From NCBI GenBank assembly GCA_030704615.1, contig CM060731.1, forward strand, positions 31,744,001-31,808,000: 64,000 nt of DNA. The letters run 5' to 3'. This DNA comes from Takakia lepidozioides (taxonomy: Eukaryota > Plantae > Bryophyta). Both the position numbers and the translations under genes were made by a program. Within the stretch, counting starts at the first letter, position 1. The number at the start of each line of letters is the position of its first letter. Shown piece after piece: positions 48,211-60,828 of this stretch. The notes beneath the pieces are model-generated. The model saw nothing but the letters and a program-made list of their open reading frames with translations. It was not told the origin of the DNA and did not search any database.

Positions 48211-51200
48211 TACTCATGACATTGTTTGCCGTAGCCTTGTGGCCATAGACCCCGAGTCTAGTTTGGGGGGAACAAAAGGGAACAGATACTACCTTTGGCT
48301 CACTCCAGTGTGGCTTACCTTTATAGAGACAATTAGTTTGGGTTTTCCAGATATCCTCTACAAAGCCCTTCACACAAGCATCAACTTGCTGTGTGTGAGC
48401 TGCCCAGCAAATAGGCCACAACAGGGCCTCAAGATTTTGAAATTTGCTGAACAGAGGTGCAGGGTCAATGTGCTAAGACGTTATTTGCCGTAGCCTTGTG
48501 GCCATTGACCCCGCGCCCAGTTTAAGCAGAACACAAGAGAGAGAGAGTGTGTGTGAGAGAGAGAGTGTGTACTCATAAGACGCTGTTTGCTGTAGCCTTG
48601 TGGCGATTGAGCCCAGCCCAGTTTGACCGGAACACAAAGGGACAGAAACTACCTTTGTAAGGGGCTGACGCCAGTAGTATGACTTAGCTTGGAACAGACA
48701 ACTAATCCAAGGTTTCCAGATTTCCGTTAGAAATTCCTTCACACAAGCATCAATCTGCTGTGTGTGGTTTGCCCAATAATTAGGCCCCAAAAGGGCCTGG
48801 GCTTTTGGCTCAGCCTCGAGATTTCCAAAGTTGGTAAACAGAGGTACAGGAACAGATCCCTTGATGGAATTGAAGAGGCCGTCTCTCTGGTGAGAGTACC
48901 CAGGACATTGAATCAGAAAGTGAATATTGTCTTTGTTGGAAACTAGACCTGTCCTCTACCTCCTAGAGATATTGACAGATAGCTTCTAGCACAAGCAGCA
49001 GTACAAAAACTGACAGCCTAAGCCAACCAAAGAGTTAGTACTAACAAGAAGTGTCAGTCCTAACAAGAATGCTCCTTACTGCAAAAAGAAAAACTTACAA
49101 AAATAGATGCTGGACTTCTCCTCCTCTCTCTGCAATCTACTAGGATAGCACATCCAAAATGCTAGAAGAAGTGCTGGGCATTGCCTCAGCCTTTCCCTTA
49201 AATCCTACATGAGTTCTCTAGAAACTTCTGGTGGCTGGAACCTTTTGGTAGAACTATCCCTAGCCGTCAAAAAACCCTAATAGAACCCTAGCTAACTAAA
49301 TCTGAGTTGACTTCTAACACTCCCACTCAGCGAGGATTGAGGCTTAACCCAATCAGTTCCATGCATCTAGAATGCTTTTCTTTGGATAGAGCCTTTGTGA
49401 GTGCATCAGCTGCCATGTCCTCAGTCCTACAGAAAACCAACTCAATCTCCAAACCAATCATTTCTCTAATGAAATGATGTTTGATATCTATGTGCTTGGT
49501 CCGGGCATGATGAACAGGATTCTTGCTCAGCTCAATGCTGCTCCTGTTATGAGCATGCACTTTCGTTGGCTGTTCTTGACTGAAGCCAAGTTCACCAAGA
49601 AGCCTTCGAATCCAAATGGCTTCTTTAGCTGCATGAGTCAGAGCCATATACTCTGACTCAGTCGAGGATAGAGCAGTGGTCTGCTGTCTTTTGCTGCTCC
49701 AGCTCACAGCACCTCCACTCATTACAAAGCAGTAGGCAGATATGGATCTCCTCTCATCTGTGTCTCCTGCCCAATCTGCATCACTGTATCCTTCTAGTGA
49801 TGCTCCAGTGTCCTGCTTGTTGTAAGTTAGACATGTATCCGCAGTCCCTTTCAAATATCTAATCACCCTCTTGAGTGCTTTCCAATGCTGAGGTCCTGGG
49901 TTGTGCATGAACTTACTAAGCATTCCCACTGCATAGGCAATGTCTGGCCTGGTGCCAATCATTGCATACATCAGAGATCCCATGGCTTGCTGATATGGAA
50001 CCTTAGCCATTTCCTCAATCTCACTTGGAGATTTTGGCTCCATTTCCTTACTCAGCTTGCAGCCGGTTTCCAATGGTGTTGGTGCTGGTTTGCAGTCCTG
50101 CATACCAAACTTCGCAACAACATTCCTGACATACCTCTCTTGGCTCAACTTTATAGTTCTCGCCTTCCTGTCCCTCAGAATCTGAATTCCAAGTAGGTAG
50201 TTCACAGCTCCAAGATCAACCATCTCAAAGGTTTCACTCAAATCATGCTTCTGCCTGCGCATGGTATCCTTGTTGTCGCTGATCAGTAGCAGGTCATCCA
50301 CATAGAGTGCTATTATCATGACACCTGATGTCATGTAGTAAATGCTCTGATCAGCTGTACTCCTTACAAAACCTTGGCCTGTCAAGTAGCTATTGATCTT
50401 CTCATACCATGTCCTCGATGCCTGTTTGAGTCCATATAACGATTTCTTGAGCCGACACACCTTATCACCTTCTTGGAAGCCTTCTGGTTGTTTCATGTAG
50501 ATCTCCTCCTGGAGATCCCCATTCAAGAATGCAGTCTTCGTCCATGTGTTCTATCTCCCAGTCATGCTTCGCTGCCAATGCCAGTAAACATCGGATGGAG
50601 GTGAACTTTGCCACTGGGGCAAAAGTTTCATTGTAGTCAAGCCCTGCAGTCTGTGTGAAGCCTCTGGCCACAAGTCTGGCCTTGTACTTCACTATCTCAT
50701 TGTTGGGTCCTCTTTTCACTTTGAAAACCCACTTGCAATCTACCGCCTTTCTACCACCAGGCAGTGTTACCAGCTCCCAAGTCTGGTTTTTTTTCAGAGA
50801 TTTCATCTCCTCTAGTACAGCTCCCTCCCACTCATTGGCATCATCCCTTGCCAAAGCGTCATTGAGGGTGGCTGGCTCCTCTGCATCATCAAGGGCATGG
50901 AAACAACTTTCCATCTGCCCTATGTCATCCGTAGTCAGACCAGTCAGTCCTTCTGCCACATTAGCTCCAAACCTTTCTGGGGGTTTGCTGATCCTTCCTG
51001 ACCTTCTAGGCCCCCATCCTTGTCAATAGGATCCCGATCTTCAGAATCTTCATCCTCTTCTGGTTTCTTCGCCACCTTCTCCCTTCGAGTGTAAACCTTT
51101 ACTACTGGTTGTTCCCTTTTTTTTTCTCCCACATCAGGGATTATCACAGGAACGGACAGGTCCTTGGGCTTTGTCTCCTTCCCAAGACTATCCTCATCAA

Positions 51201-54200
51201 ACAGGACATCTCTACTCCTGATTGACCTCTTGGTTCTAGGATTGTAGACCTTGTACCCCTTGCATCCCAGATCATACCCAATGAAGATACATCTTTCTGA
51301 CTTGGCATCCAACTTGCTCCTTTGCTCGTCAGGTATCAATGCATAAGCAGCACAACCAAAAACTCTTAGATGCTTCAGGTTTGGCTTCTTCCCACTCCAC
51401 GCCTCCTCTGGAGTCATGTCTTTCAAAGCTCGCGTGGGACTCAAATTTTTCAGATAGGTGGCAGTGCTGATCGCCTCTCCCCAAAACTCTGGTCCAAGGC
51501 CTGAGGTCTGTAGCATACATCTAGCCTTCTCAACCAGTGTTCTGTTTAATCTCTCTGCCACTCCATTCTGGGCTGGACTGTCCCTCGCTGTTACTTGGCT
51601 CTCTATGCCTTTCTCAGCAAGATAGTTTTTGAATTCCTGATTTAGGAATTCCCCCCCACCATCGCTCCTCAGAACCTTGACTTTGAGGTCCAGCTGGTTT
51701 TCTACTTCATGCACATGCTTAAAGACCTGCAGCACTTGACCTTTCTCTCTCAAGGGATATAAGAAAGTCTTTCTACTCATGTCATCAGTGAAGGTGACAA
51801 AGTACCTAGATCCTCCCAGCGATGTTGTCTTCATTGGGCCACACACATCTGTGTGTATCAACTCCAGCCTCTCCTTGGCTCTTGTGGCAGATTCCTTGGG
51901 CATTGATGACTTGTGCTGTTTCCCTTTAGCACTTCTGAAGGGTACAACGGGTAACCTTACTCTCTTTTCTGATAAAGTTGACAGGGATTTCTCCCATCAT
52001 CGTACTTACAGAAAACGTCTTGTTGCCCATCTTTACACTCCTAGGCTGAATGGGTTTCAAGTTGTGAAACAACTCCTTCCTCCCACACATGTGGTTAGTA
52101 GCTCCAGAGTCCAAATACCACTCATCTCCACAGTGTTCTCCTTCAGTAGTCAGCAGGTAGTCTTCATCACGACTGTAAGCTGCATCTGCCATAAACAGGT
52201 GAACTTCACTGTCGTTGCCCATGTCAGCGACATGTGCATGTACAGACTTCCCTTTCCTTGGTCTCCACTTGTCCTTCTTGGACTTGTCAATCTTCACCTT
52301 GCAGTCCTTCTGGAAATGCCCAAATTTGCCGCATCGGAAACATGCTCCATCTTTCTTGATGGAAGTAGCCATCAGGGCATTGTCCATACTTGAGCTACCC
52401 CTAGTCAGCTTGCTTTCTTCCATGATGAGTTGTGAAGTGACATACTTCCAACTCAGTCTACTCTTACCATGAGTAGCCAATGCGGTTTCCACCATGTCAT
52501 AACTCTTTGGCAAGGTGCCAAACAAGGTCATGATCTGAAGTGATTCAGTCATGGGTTCTCCCGCATCAATTATCTCCAGACACGTGGCTTTAACAGTGGC
52601 AATGTGAATGGCTACACTCTCACCTTCTCTCATTCTCAAGTCCATGAGCTGTTTCCATAGGACATATGCTTTCCCCATCGCATCTGCCTCATACACCTCA
52701 CTTAAGGTCTGCCAGACCTCATGAGCAGTTGTAAGATTCCTTACCAGAACTACCAGTTTTGATCTCATGTTTGTGACCAGAGCTGCCATTGCAAGCTCAT
52801 TCTTTTGGATCCATCTCTCCTCCTTCAGGTTATCCTCTGAAGTCTTTTTAGCCACTACTGACCATAGGCTCTTTGAAGAGAGCAGGAGCTGCATCGTGTA
52901 GATCCAACTCTTATAGTTGTTGCCATCCAGTGGCTCAACTGTCCAAGTAGTGCTTGTGGGCCCATAACCTGTTGGAAACTAGACCTGTCCTCTACCTCCT
53001 AGAGATATTGACAGATAGCTTCTAGCACAAGCAGCAGTACAAAAACTGACAGCCTAAGCCAACCAAAGAGTTAGTACTAACAAGAAGTGTCAGTCCTAAC
53101 AAGAATGCTCCTTACTGCAAAAAGAAAAACTTACAAAAGTAGATGCTGGACTTCTCCTCCTCCTCTCTCTGCAATCTACTAGGATAGCACAACCAAAATG
53201 CTAGAAGAAGTGCTGGGCATTGCCTCAGCCTTTCCCTTAAATCCTACATGAGTTCTCTAGAAACTTCTGGTGGCTGGAACCTTCTGGTAGAACTATCCCT
53301 AGCCGTCAAAAAACCCTAACAGAACCCTAGCTAACTAAATCTGAGCTGACTTCTAACAGTCTTCAGGTTGCCCACCCAGCGGGCAATTACAATCCCCGTC
53401 CTCTCTGCATCTGTTTGCTGTTCAAAGGTAGGCTTCCCCCCCTGAGCTTAAATTTCAGTCTAGTGCCGAGAGTGGGTAAACCTTGAGGTCATCCATGATG
53501 GCCTCCCCCATGTCACAGACTGGAAACAATTTCAGGGAAGTTTTCTGCCTAACTTCATTAGAGAATGTACTCATAAGACGTTATTTGCCATAGCCTTGTG
53601 GCCATTAACTTCATTAGATTGTACTCATAAGACGTTGTTTGCCGTAGCCTTGTGGCCATTGACCCCGCGCCCAGTTTGAGCGGGAACAAAAGGGACAGAA
53701 CCTACCTCTGTCAGGGGCTGACGTTGGTAGTAAGACTTACCTTCATATATAGAATTAATCCGGGTTTTCCAGATATCCTCTAGAAATCCCTTCACACAAG
53801 CATCAATCTGCTGTGTGTGATTTGCCCAAAAACTAGTCCTCAGGAGGGCCTGGGCTTTTGGCTCAGCCTCGAGACTTTCAAAGTTGGTAAACAGGGGTAC
53901 AGGCACAATTCCCTTGATAGATTTGAAGAGAGCGTCTCTTTGGTGAGAGAACCCCGGACAGTGTATCAGAAAATGAATACTGTCTTCAGATTGCCCACAC
54001 AACGGGCAATTGCACTCTCCCTTTCCTCTCTGCTTCTGTTTGCTGTTCAAAGGTAGGCTTCCTGCCCTGAGTTTAAATTTCAGTCTAGTGCCGAGAGTGG
54101 GTAGACCCTTGAGGTCATCCAAGATGTCCTCCCCCATGTCACTGACTGGAAACAAGTTCAGGGAAGTTTTCTGCCTAACTTCATTTTCATCAGACAATCT

Positions 54201-57200
54201 CATGGCAACAGACATGGCTTCAGACACTACAGCCTCTAAGTCAGATTTATCCAGCAGGGTCAAGACTTGCGGATCCAGGTGCAGGTCCTTGAGAATCTCT
54301 TCTACTCTCTTCTGCCAGGACTTAGCCTGTTTGACAGGGCGGGTCCTGTTTCCAAGATATAGAGTCGATTAACTTAGGATATCTGGTTTTGGGCATATGT
54401 TGCAGCTGACCCCACCATCTGACCTTGAATTCACCTCGTTGGGAGCTTAAGGACGGAATGCCAAACTCACCCCGAACAGCCACATTGGCTGTTTTGGAGC
54501 ATGCTGACATACACTCCTTAAGCACCCCCACTTGAATGGATTCTAGAGACTTAGCCTGGTTGGAGTTATCAACCCAAATTGCAGATCCGTACTCCAAGGC
54601 AGGTCTAATAACGCGACAAAGCATGGTTTTCTTAACCTCAGAGTTGACCCCTCTGCAGTGGAAAAATTTAGTGAGCCCCAGAGCTTTGCCCTTGCCAGTT
54701 TGAACAACTTTCCGGATATGTGCATCCCAATTACAATTGGAGGAAAACTCAACGCCCAGGTAAGTGTAGGAAGGGAGGACCGGGATCTCTTGGCTACCCC
54801 ACTACCACTTAAGATCACTTCCTCCCTCTCCTCTGTCGTTGAATGCTACCACTGCACATTTGCTGACATTAGCCTCTAACCCCCAAAGATCAAAGTATCT
54901 CTACGCGCAATCAATCAACTCCTGGAGATTGGTTGGAGTCTCCCTATGCCTGCGAAGTCATCCGCAAACATAAGGGCTGGTATGGTGGTATCACCCACCC
55001 TTAACCCAAATCCCTCACTTTCCACATCCTCGAGGAGTTGATTGATGAAAACATTGAAGAGCAGAGGGGAGAGAGTACATCCTTGAGCTACACCTTGGTC
55101 TATGTCAAAGAAGTTGGACTTCTGTCCGTTAACAGTGACACAGCTTTTGGTGTGAGCATACAAGTTGTGGACAACTCTCCACATCTTTCCCTTGATCCCA
55201 CAAGACCAGAGGCGGAACCATAGGCAATCTCTCCACACTGTGTCATAAGCCTTTTTGACATCCAAGAAAAAAACATAAGTGGGTTTCCCTTCTTTTTTCC
55301 TTCCCTGGATAATCTGGCTTAGAGTGAAGATATGATCCACACAGCCCCTGTGAGAGATGTGTGTAACTTCATTAGAGAGAGAGAGAGAGAGATGTGTCAG
55401 AAACCATACGCTGGGCCACGTCCAATGCAGAGTTCATTACGGCCATTGCAGGTGCTGTGGTTGAAGTCACACGGGAGGTCCGTGTCAATGCAAAAAGCTC
55501 CTAACACATTGGGCGTAGTGTCTCCAACATTGCTTTGGCAAAATGCAGCCGTGAAGAGAGGTTTCAGAGGCTCACGGAACATACTTCTCACACGGTGCAA
55601 CATATTGGAAAATTTGGTGGTTGGTTGTCCTCCAAGACTTGTAAGTCTGGCTGCAATAGTGCGAGCTTTTCCCTCTGGTGCATTATAGAATCCATCTGTC
55701 AACCAATCCCAAATTTAGGTCTTAAAATATTTCAATTGAGTTGCTCTCGGCAGCAAAACATGTATCCTAAAATGTCAGAACAAGGTTCAACAGCATGAGT
55801 GAGACGTGCCATTTGTATAATTGCGATGATCGAGATAATACATGATACTCTTCCTGCCCCCTTGAAAGAAGTGTCTTTGGTATGGCTGTTTGAGAATTAT
55901 TTCAAAAGTCTGTTTATGCCAAGACTAAGAAACAAGAATAGGAACTCTGAATTCGGAGTACCAACATCAGACAGGTTAAGTTGCCAAGGCCTGCTAATGT
56001 GCCTATATGAGATAGGAACTTAACCCACAAGGCTTGCACTTAAGAAGATATTAAGTTCACACTTAAGCAAAACTTCAAACAACAACAACACCATGTTGTC
56101 AACACTAGAAATGGCAGGAGCATGAACTAATATACCAACAATGTTGGAGATTCTCCTTCGAGGGTGTTTTGAGGTGCCTTCAAACTGAGCAAACTCAATC
56201 GCTGCAGCATCCTCAACCAATGGATTGTTGTTATCACGCTGCATGTGCCAATCTTCCATGAAACGTGCTGCCGCACCCTTGTTATCGCCGCTGAGTAGTT
56301 CATTCGTGCGATTCATGGATGTTCCATGTACTGGAAACCAGCTGAATGCCCCCACCTCACCCCACTCCGCGTCTACAAACTTCAGCAGCGACATGTTCTT
56401 ATCCACATTATGCACATATTTTGCGCGCTCATCTGCTGGGTTGCACAGATATGCACTGGGGCTCCGGTTTATATTCGCTCCCAATACCTCACCTGTTGGT
56501 GGCAACACCTTTCAGGGAAAACCCCACTGAGACTTCTTAAAGTGAGAAAAAACTTTCACTGGTGAGTGAAAAATGGGAGTCTCAGGTACATAAGGTAAGA
56601 CCGAAAGAAACTTGGAACTTAAAAATACTTATGGTTTGTGGGAGAGGATGTACTCATAAGTTGTTGTTTGCCATAGCCTGGTTTGTGTGTGAGAGAGAGA
56701 ACGAGGGTTAAAATGGAGAGTGGAAGAAGTCATTGCAAAAGAAAAAGGCTCGTTCCTTACCTTCATTAAAAAATATGGATCCAGGTCTTAGATTCTCATG
56801 CGCTTGAATGATGCTTTGCACAATGCCATCTGCCAGTGCATCGAAGGACTGCTGCACAAATCCCATTGAAGTGATGATATAGAGCACATAGTGCAGGTAG
56901 CCCCCAGGGCCTGAGTGCGTGTGAGTGCCACTGATTGCCACATTTTTCTCAGTGTAGAGCCCACCATATCTGCACAATATCCTTATTGCAGAATTTAGTG
57001 GCATTCTTAAATGCGCTAGACAAACAACAGAACAAGTTTTCTGAGAGCTGCTATGCGATGGAAGTCTTACCTCCAGAAGGTGTGTTATGAGCGCGCGGAA
57101 GTATGGGAATTTTGCTGGCAATATTCTGCAGATTGTTTCGAAGTGGTACGATACAAAGTAATAAAACAAGTGACGTTTAGAGATGCGCAACAGTTGAGGG

Positions 57201-57731
57201 ACTACCCTCACACACAGCCAACAACTGTCTTGTGAAATGTACATTGATTTAAATGTCACATCATTGAATCCTACAATCCAGCACAGCTAATTATCTCCGA
57301 AGCTTTCTGACTGCGGTCAAAGGATAGGAAAGAGACAGCCGACGAAGTACTGAAGGGCATACACATAACATGCACCTTTCTTTAAGACGAGAGAGCACTC
57401 GGAGAGTAACTCCTTGTGCGCCCATGCAGGCATCCACATTCACAAACACCACGCGGTTTCCATCGGCTGTACTCGAAGGCTCCGCGACGATGAAGGTCCT
57501 TGCACGCAGCCTCATGTGAATGCCCCCTGCACTTTGACCAGGATTTGCATACCCCATCATGTTCACATCCGCAGCCGGCCCAGTAACATCATAGCTCCCA
57601 AGTCCTACCAGATAGTTGAGGCTCTCATTTGCAGCCAATCCTGAGTGAATCGAGTGAATCAGGGTTACAAGGCCGACCACAACGTTGAACCTTTGTAACA
57701 CACAGCTGATCGAAGAGGATTGAGTTGCCAT
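45020..57731 (-). CDS. Neutral/alkaline ceramidase; exons 57731-57376, 56969-56761, 56492-56136, 55695-55410, 47925-47646, 47149-47024, 46692-46629, 46428-46259, 45571-45020
   Basis: GSYDVTGPAADVNMMGYA, GTHTHSGPGGY, VHGTSM, SGDNKG, SNVGDTTPN, AAGTTDGPG, PGEFTTMAGRRLR and YEGASTLYGPHTL motifs; all introns GT-AG, junction phases consistent. Confidence 0.95.
47945..48933 (-). mobile_element. Stack of about four 3' fragments of LINE family 1 separated by (GA)n tracts, in ceramidase intron 4
   Basis: Repeated copies of the family-1 3' end (GTACTCAT...GTAGCCTTGTGGC) at ~48208, ~48475, ~48568, plus an older copy at ~47950-48170; the last copy continues at 53364-53559 beyond the Copia. Confidence 0.85.
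48934..53358 (-). mobile_element. Ty1/Copia element with both LTRs (48934-49319, 52970-53358), half-tRNAiMet PBS, internally deleted/frameshifted pol
   Basis: TG...CA LTRs with 5 substitutions and a 3-bp indel; TSD GTCTT; PBS GGTTATGGGCCC; PPT GAGTGGGAG; gag CCHC, WYLDSGA, HTDVCGP, YVDD, SDADWAG, TKHID motifs. Confidence 0.97.
53364..53606 (-). mobile_element. Rest of the Copia-split LINE copy (53364-53559) plus a ~42-bp 3' fragment (53565-53606)
   Basis: Homology to 53987-54186 and to the family 3' end. Confidence 0.85.
53619..55350 (-). mobile_element. 5'-truncated LINE family 1 copy
   Basis: Near-identical to 11982-13712; TSD AACTTCATTAGA (53607-53618 / 55365-55376). Confidence 0.95.
56648..56679 (-). 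mobile_element. Minimal 3' fragment of LINE family 1 in ceramidase intron 2
   Basis: ATGTACTCATAAGTTGTTGTTTGCCATAGCCT near (GA)n. Confidence 0.65.
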
Positions 57732-59268
57732 GGTGACAAAAAAAAAACGGTTCTTCGTGTCCCTCAATCAAGATTCACTGCTAAGAATCTTTACAACTAC
57801 ACTCTTTATTTTTCTCTTCGCGCTGCAGCTGTATGTGTTTGTCCCTCGAATCAAAAACCATCCCCCTCTTTACCCCTCTCCCCGCTGTTCTCCTTCTTGC
57901 CCACTCCTTTCTCTTTCTTGTTTATAAACCCACCTCACCGCATCGAAGAAGCTGTATGAGATACAGCAGACGACTGAGATGCTCGCATTAGGTTGGTGAA
58001 CACAGCAAAACTGAAATTCTTTAATCAACTCAGTCACCCTCTCCCTCGCTCTCTCATATACAACATTATCCTTCCACACTCGCTGTTTCAGAGATAACCA
58101 TGAGCTTTGTGGTGCTCTTAGTAAATTCAACCCAAAGCAAATCTAGCCCTCAAATTTCTCCCTTTTTCCATCTATCTCGCTCTGCATTACACCCGTCAAA
58201 GAGATTGATTCTCTCTGCCCGTTGATGGAGAGATCTCTCCACCACCCTCTCAACAGACCTCAACTTTGATGTTGACTCTAAAATTTCGTGTCCGCACACA
58301 AGCTACCCTCGAAGAACACCACCACCGCCATGCTCGGGTGCCGCGTGTCTTGATGCCTGGGCGCCACCAATGGGAATCTGCCGCGGTCCCAATTCATTAT
58401 ATACAAATGATTAGTTACTCAAATGAATTAACCTAGTCAGAGATCCAGCAGGGGTGTGTGTCCCTCTTTTAGGCCTCTGGTAAAGTATAGATGGGCTTCT
58501 TTCTCCCAGGTTTTGCTCTCCAGAAATGCTTGAACAGCTTCATATGAATCCACCATCAGCTTCAAACGTGCACCCGTTGTGAGTTGGAAATGCCGATCAA
58601 GAGTTGAAAATGCAGTCAATTTGTTGTCTGCATTCAAATCTTCCTCAGCCCTGCCGAATACCTCCCAAACTTTCAACCATTGAGCACTAACTATCTTGCC
58701 CAAAACTTCACGGCCAATGATGCAAACGTCCCGGTGCCTACTTGACCCCGCTTATTTTGCTTGGGGAAGAGACAGTGTACTCTCCAACCAAGTAAAATTC
58801 CCTGGCTTCAACCATTACACATTGTGATTGAGAGTGCTCTGCCGTGACTCCTTGCTAGATGCAGGAAGGGAAATTCCAGCAAAGTGTTCATCATCAGCTA
58901 TCATCCCCGCTTTTTTGGAGTCTCTATATCAAAGATAAAGAAAACTGGCGCCACTGTTCACACATTGCAAGAAGCACATGAAGATCCTGTGCATTCTGAA
59001 GAGCAACATGTTTGTCCACCATTGTGGCGGCCATACTTGCATACTTGCTTTTTGGCCACGCTTATAGGGTGCCTTGCATGGATATGTCAACATGCAACGC
59101 CAGCCTGAGCGAGCATAAACAAGGGGGGTTGCAATGTTAGGAGACCAACTTAGGACCAGTGTTGTACTGGTATGTGCAAGGGTATGTGCCAGTCGGCCGG
59201 GGTATGTGCAAGGGTATAGGTAAGGGTATGCCAGAACCAACCCGGCTGGTGTGTAATGGAGCCTATAT

Positions 59269-59606
59269 CAGTGTTGTGCGAGTATCAGCATTTTAAAATA
59301 CCAGGCAAGGTAGGTTCTGGAGGGGTGCTTTGTTTTTGAACTAAGTGGTATCATTCTAAGCCGTCACCCCCCTTATGTGCCTTTTAGTGTCTGCGAGACC
59401 CTACCCAGGATGCAAATCTCCAGCAATTCGTGCCTATAGTATGAAAATAATGGTAACAGCCTGATACGAAATGGGAGTCCCAAACCGTAACCCATGGTAT
59501 GCCCTGGGTATTCGACCTACCACCTACCCGACTGGTAGGTTCTTGAAGAACCTTCCAATACCTACTATTGATATCGGGGGAGGCCCACAATACCAATACA
59601 ACACTG
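59269..59606. mobile_element. hAT-type MITE, next to or inside another hAT end starting at 59157
   Basis: CAGTGTTGT...ACAACACTG TIRs; 8-bp TSD GCCTATAT/GCCTATAC (1 mismatch). Confidence 0.7.
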
Positions 59607-60229
59607 GCCTATACCCCAGGTGTGCGTAGAAATTTATAGGGTTTAGGCCACATAACAGCTCATCAGAAATATCTTGGTAGAATGGGTGCTATATACACGC
59701 ATCTATGTTTTTTTTCCAAGATAGGCCTCCGTCCCCTCTCGTTTGAAAAGAAAAAGAAAAAGAAAAAATCCGTCGCCCATAGTGGGGTGACCAATTGGAT
59801 GACCAGCTCTAACCGATCATCCCACTAAACATTAAATATATTCTGCATATTCCATAGATACCTGGAGAATCTTCTGTAGCGAAACGATAATTTGTGAAAC
59901 TCAGAAATCTCCAAAGCTATTTTCAGCTGTTCACATGAGCACTAATTATAACAAATAAAGAACAAGTAATCCCTATACATGATAAACATGTTGCCCTATA
60001 AGGCGTGGATTTTGTTCACGTTGTGCTCACACGATACCATGTCCCCTCGGCCTCATGCCCTCATTTTCCATAATAGGCCTCTAAGATCCTGATAATTTCG
60101 TAAGGTGAAACTCTGACCCATAAAATTACTTTTATGTTTTCAGATCTGTTTTCACTGAAAATTTAGAATTATTATCATGATTATTAATAAAGAAAAAAGG
60201 AGCAAAGCCATGTTCATCAAATTAAAGAA

Positions 60230-60828
60230 GCCTCTCATTTTTTAATAGTAGGGTCATGAATGCACGGGCGGGCCCCGCCAGTACGACCCTTGGGGTGAGC
60301 TCATAAGCCCACCGCCGATTCACCGGGTCGGCGAGATTCTGAAATTTTTCTAAGTCTTTGTTCATCTACCATGGCGAACCTTCTAGCGGACTGGGCAGAC
60401 CCTCCAAGAGACCGACGAGCGGACCAGCACCTCTCCAGCAGACTGGGCAGACCCCCCCTCCAGTAGACCGGCAGACTTTCCAAGCAAACCCCCTCCAGCA
60501 CACCGGCTTGGACCGTCGAGCATACCGACGGACCCTTCGACAAAATATATATTTAATAACACACTTTACTACCACGGTACATCCTGATAAGATTCGAACA
60601 CCACACCTCATGTTTGTCATTCATTGCTCTTAACCACCACACTACCTACCACTTTTTACAAACCATGCAATAACTAATGTTTTATGTGCATATTGTGGGC
60701 CCCAGCAAACTGGCGGGGATTGGCGAGGTCCGGGTAAGGGCGCTCCCAACCCTCCATGACCCCTCTACATCACGAGGGCCCCGCCACAGCCACATGCATT
60801 ATGACCCTATTATTGTTAAATGAGAAGC
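60230..60828. mobile_element. MITE-like element with imperfect TIRs
   Basis: TAGGGTCATGAATGCA (60249) versus TGCATTATGACCCTA (to 60809), with imperfect outward extension; no clean TSD. Confidence 0.55.

Noticed and set aside
58437-59050. Possible decayed gene fragment
   Set aside because: Protein-like but no recognisable family, with multiple stops.
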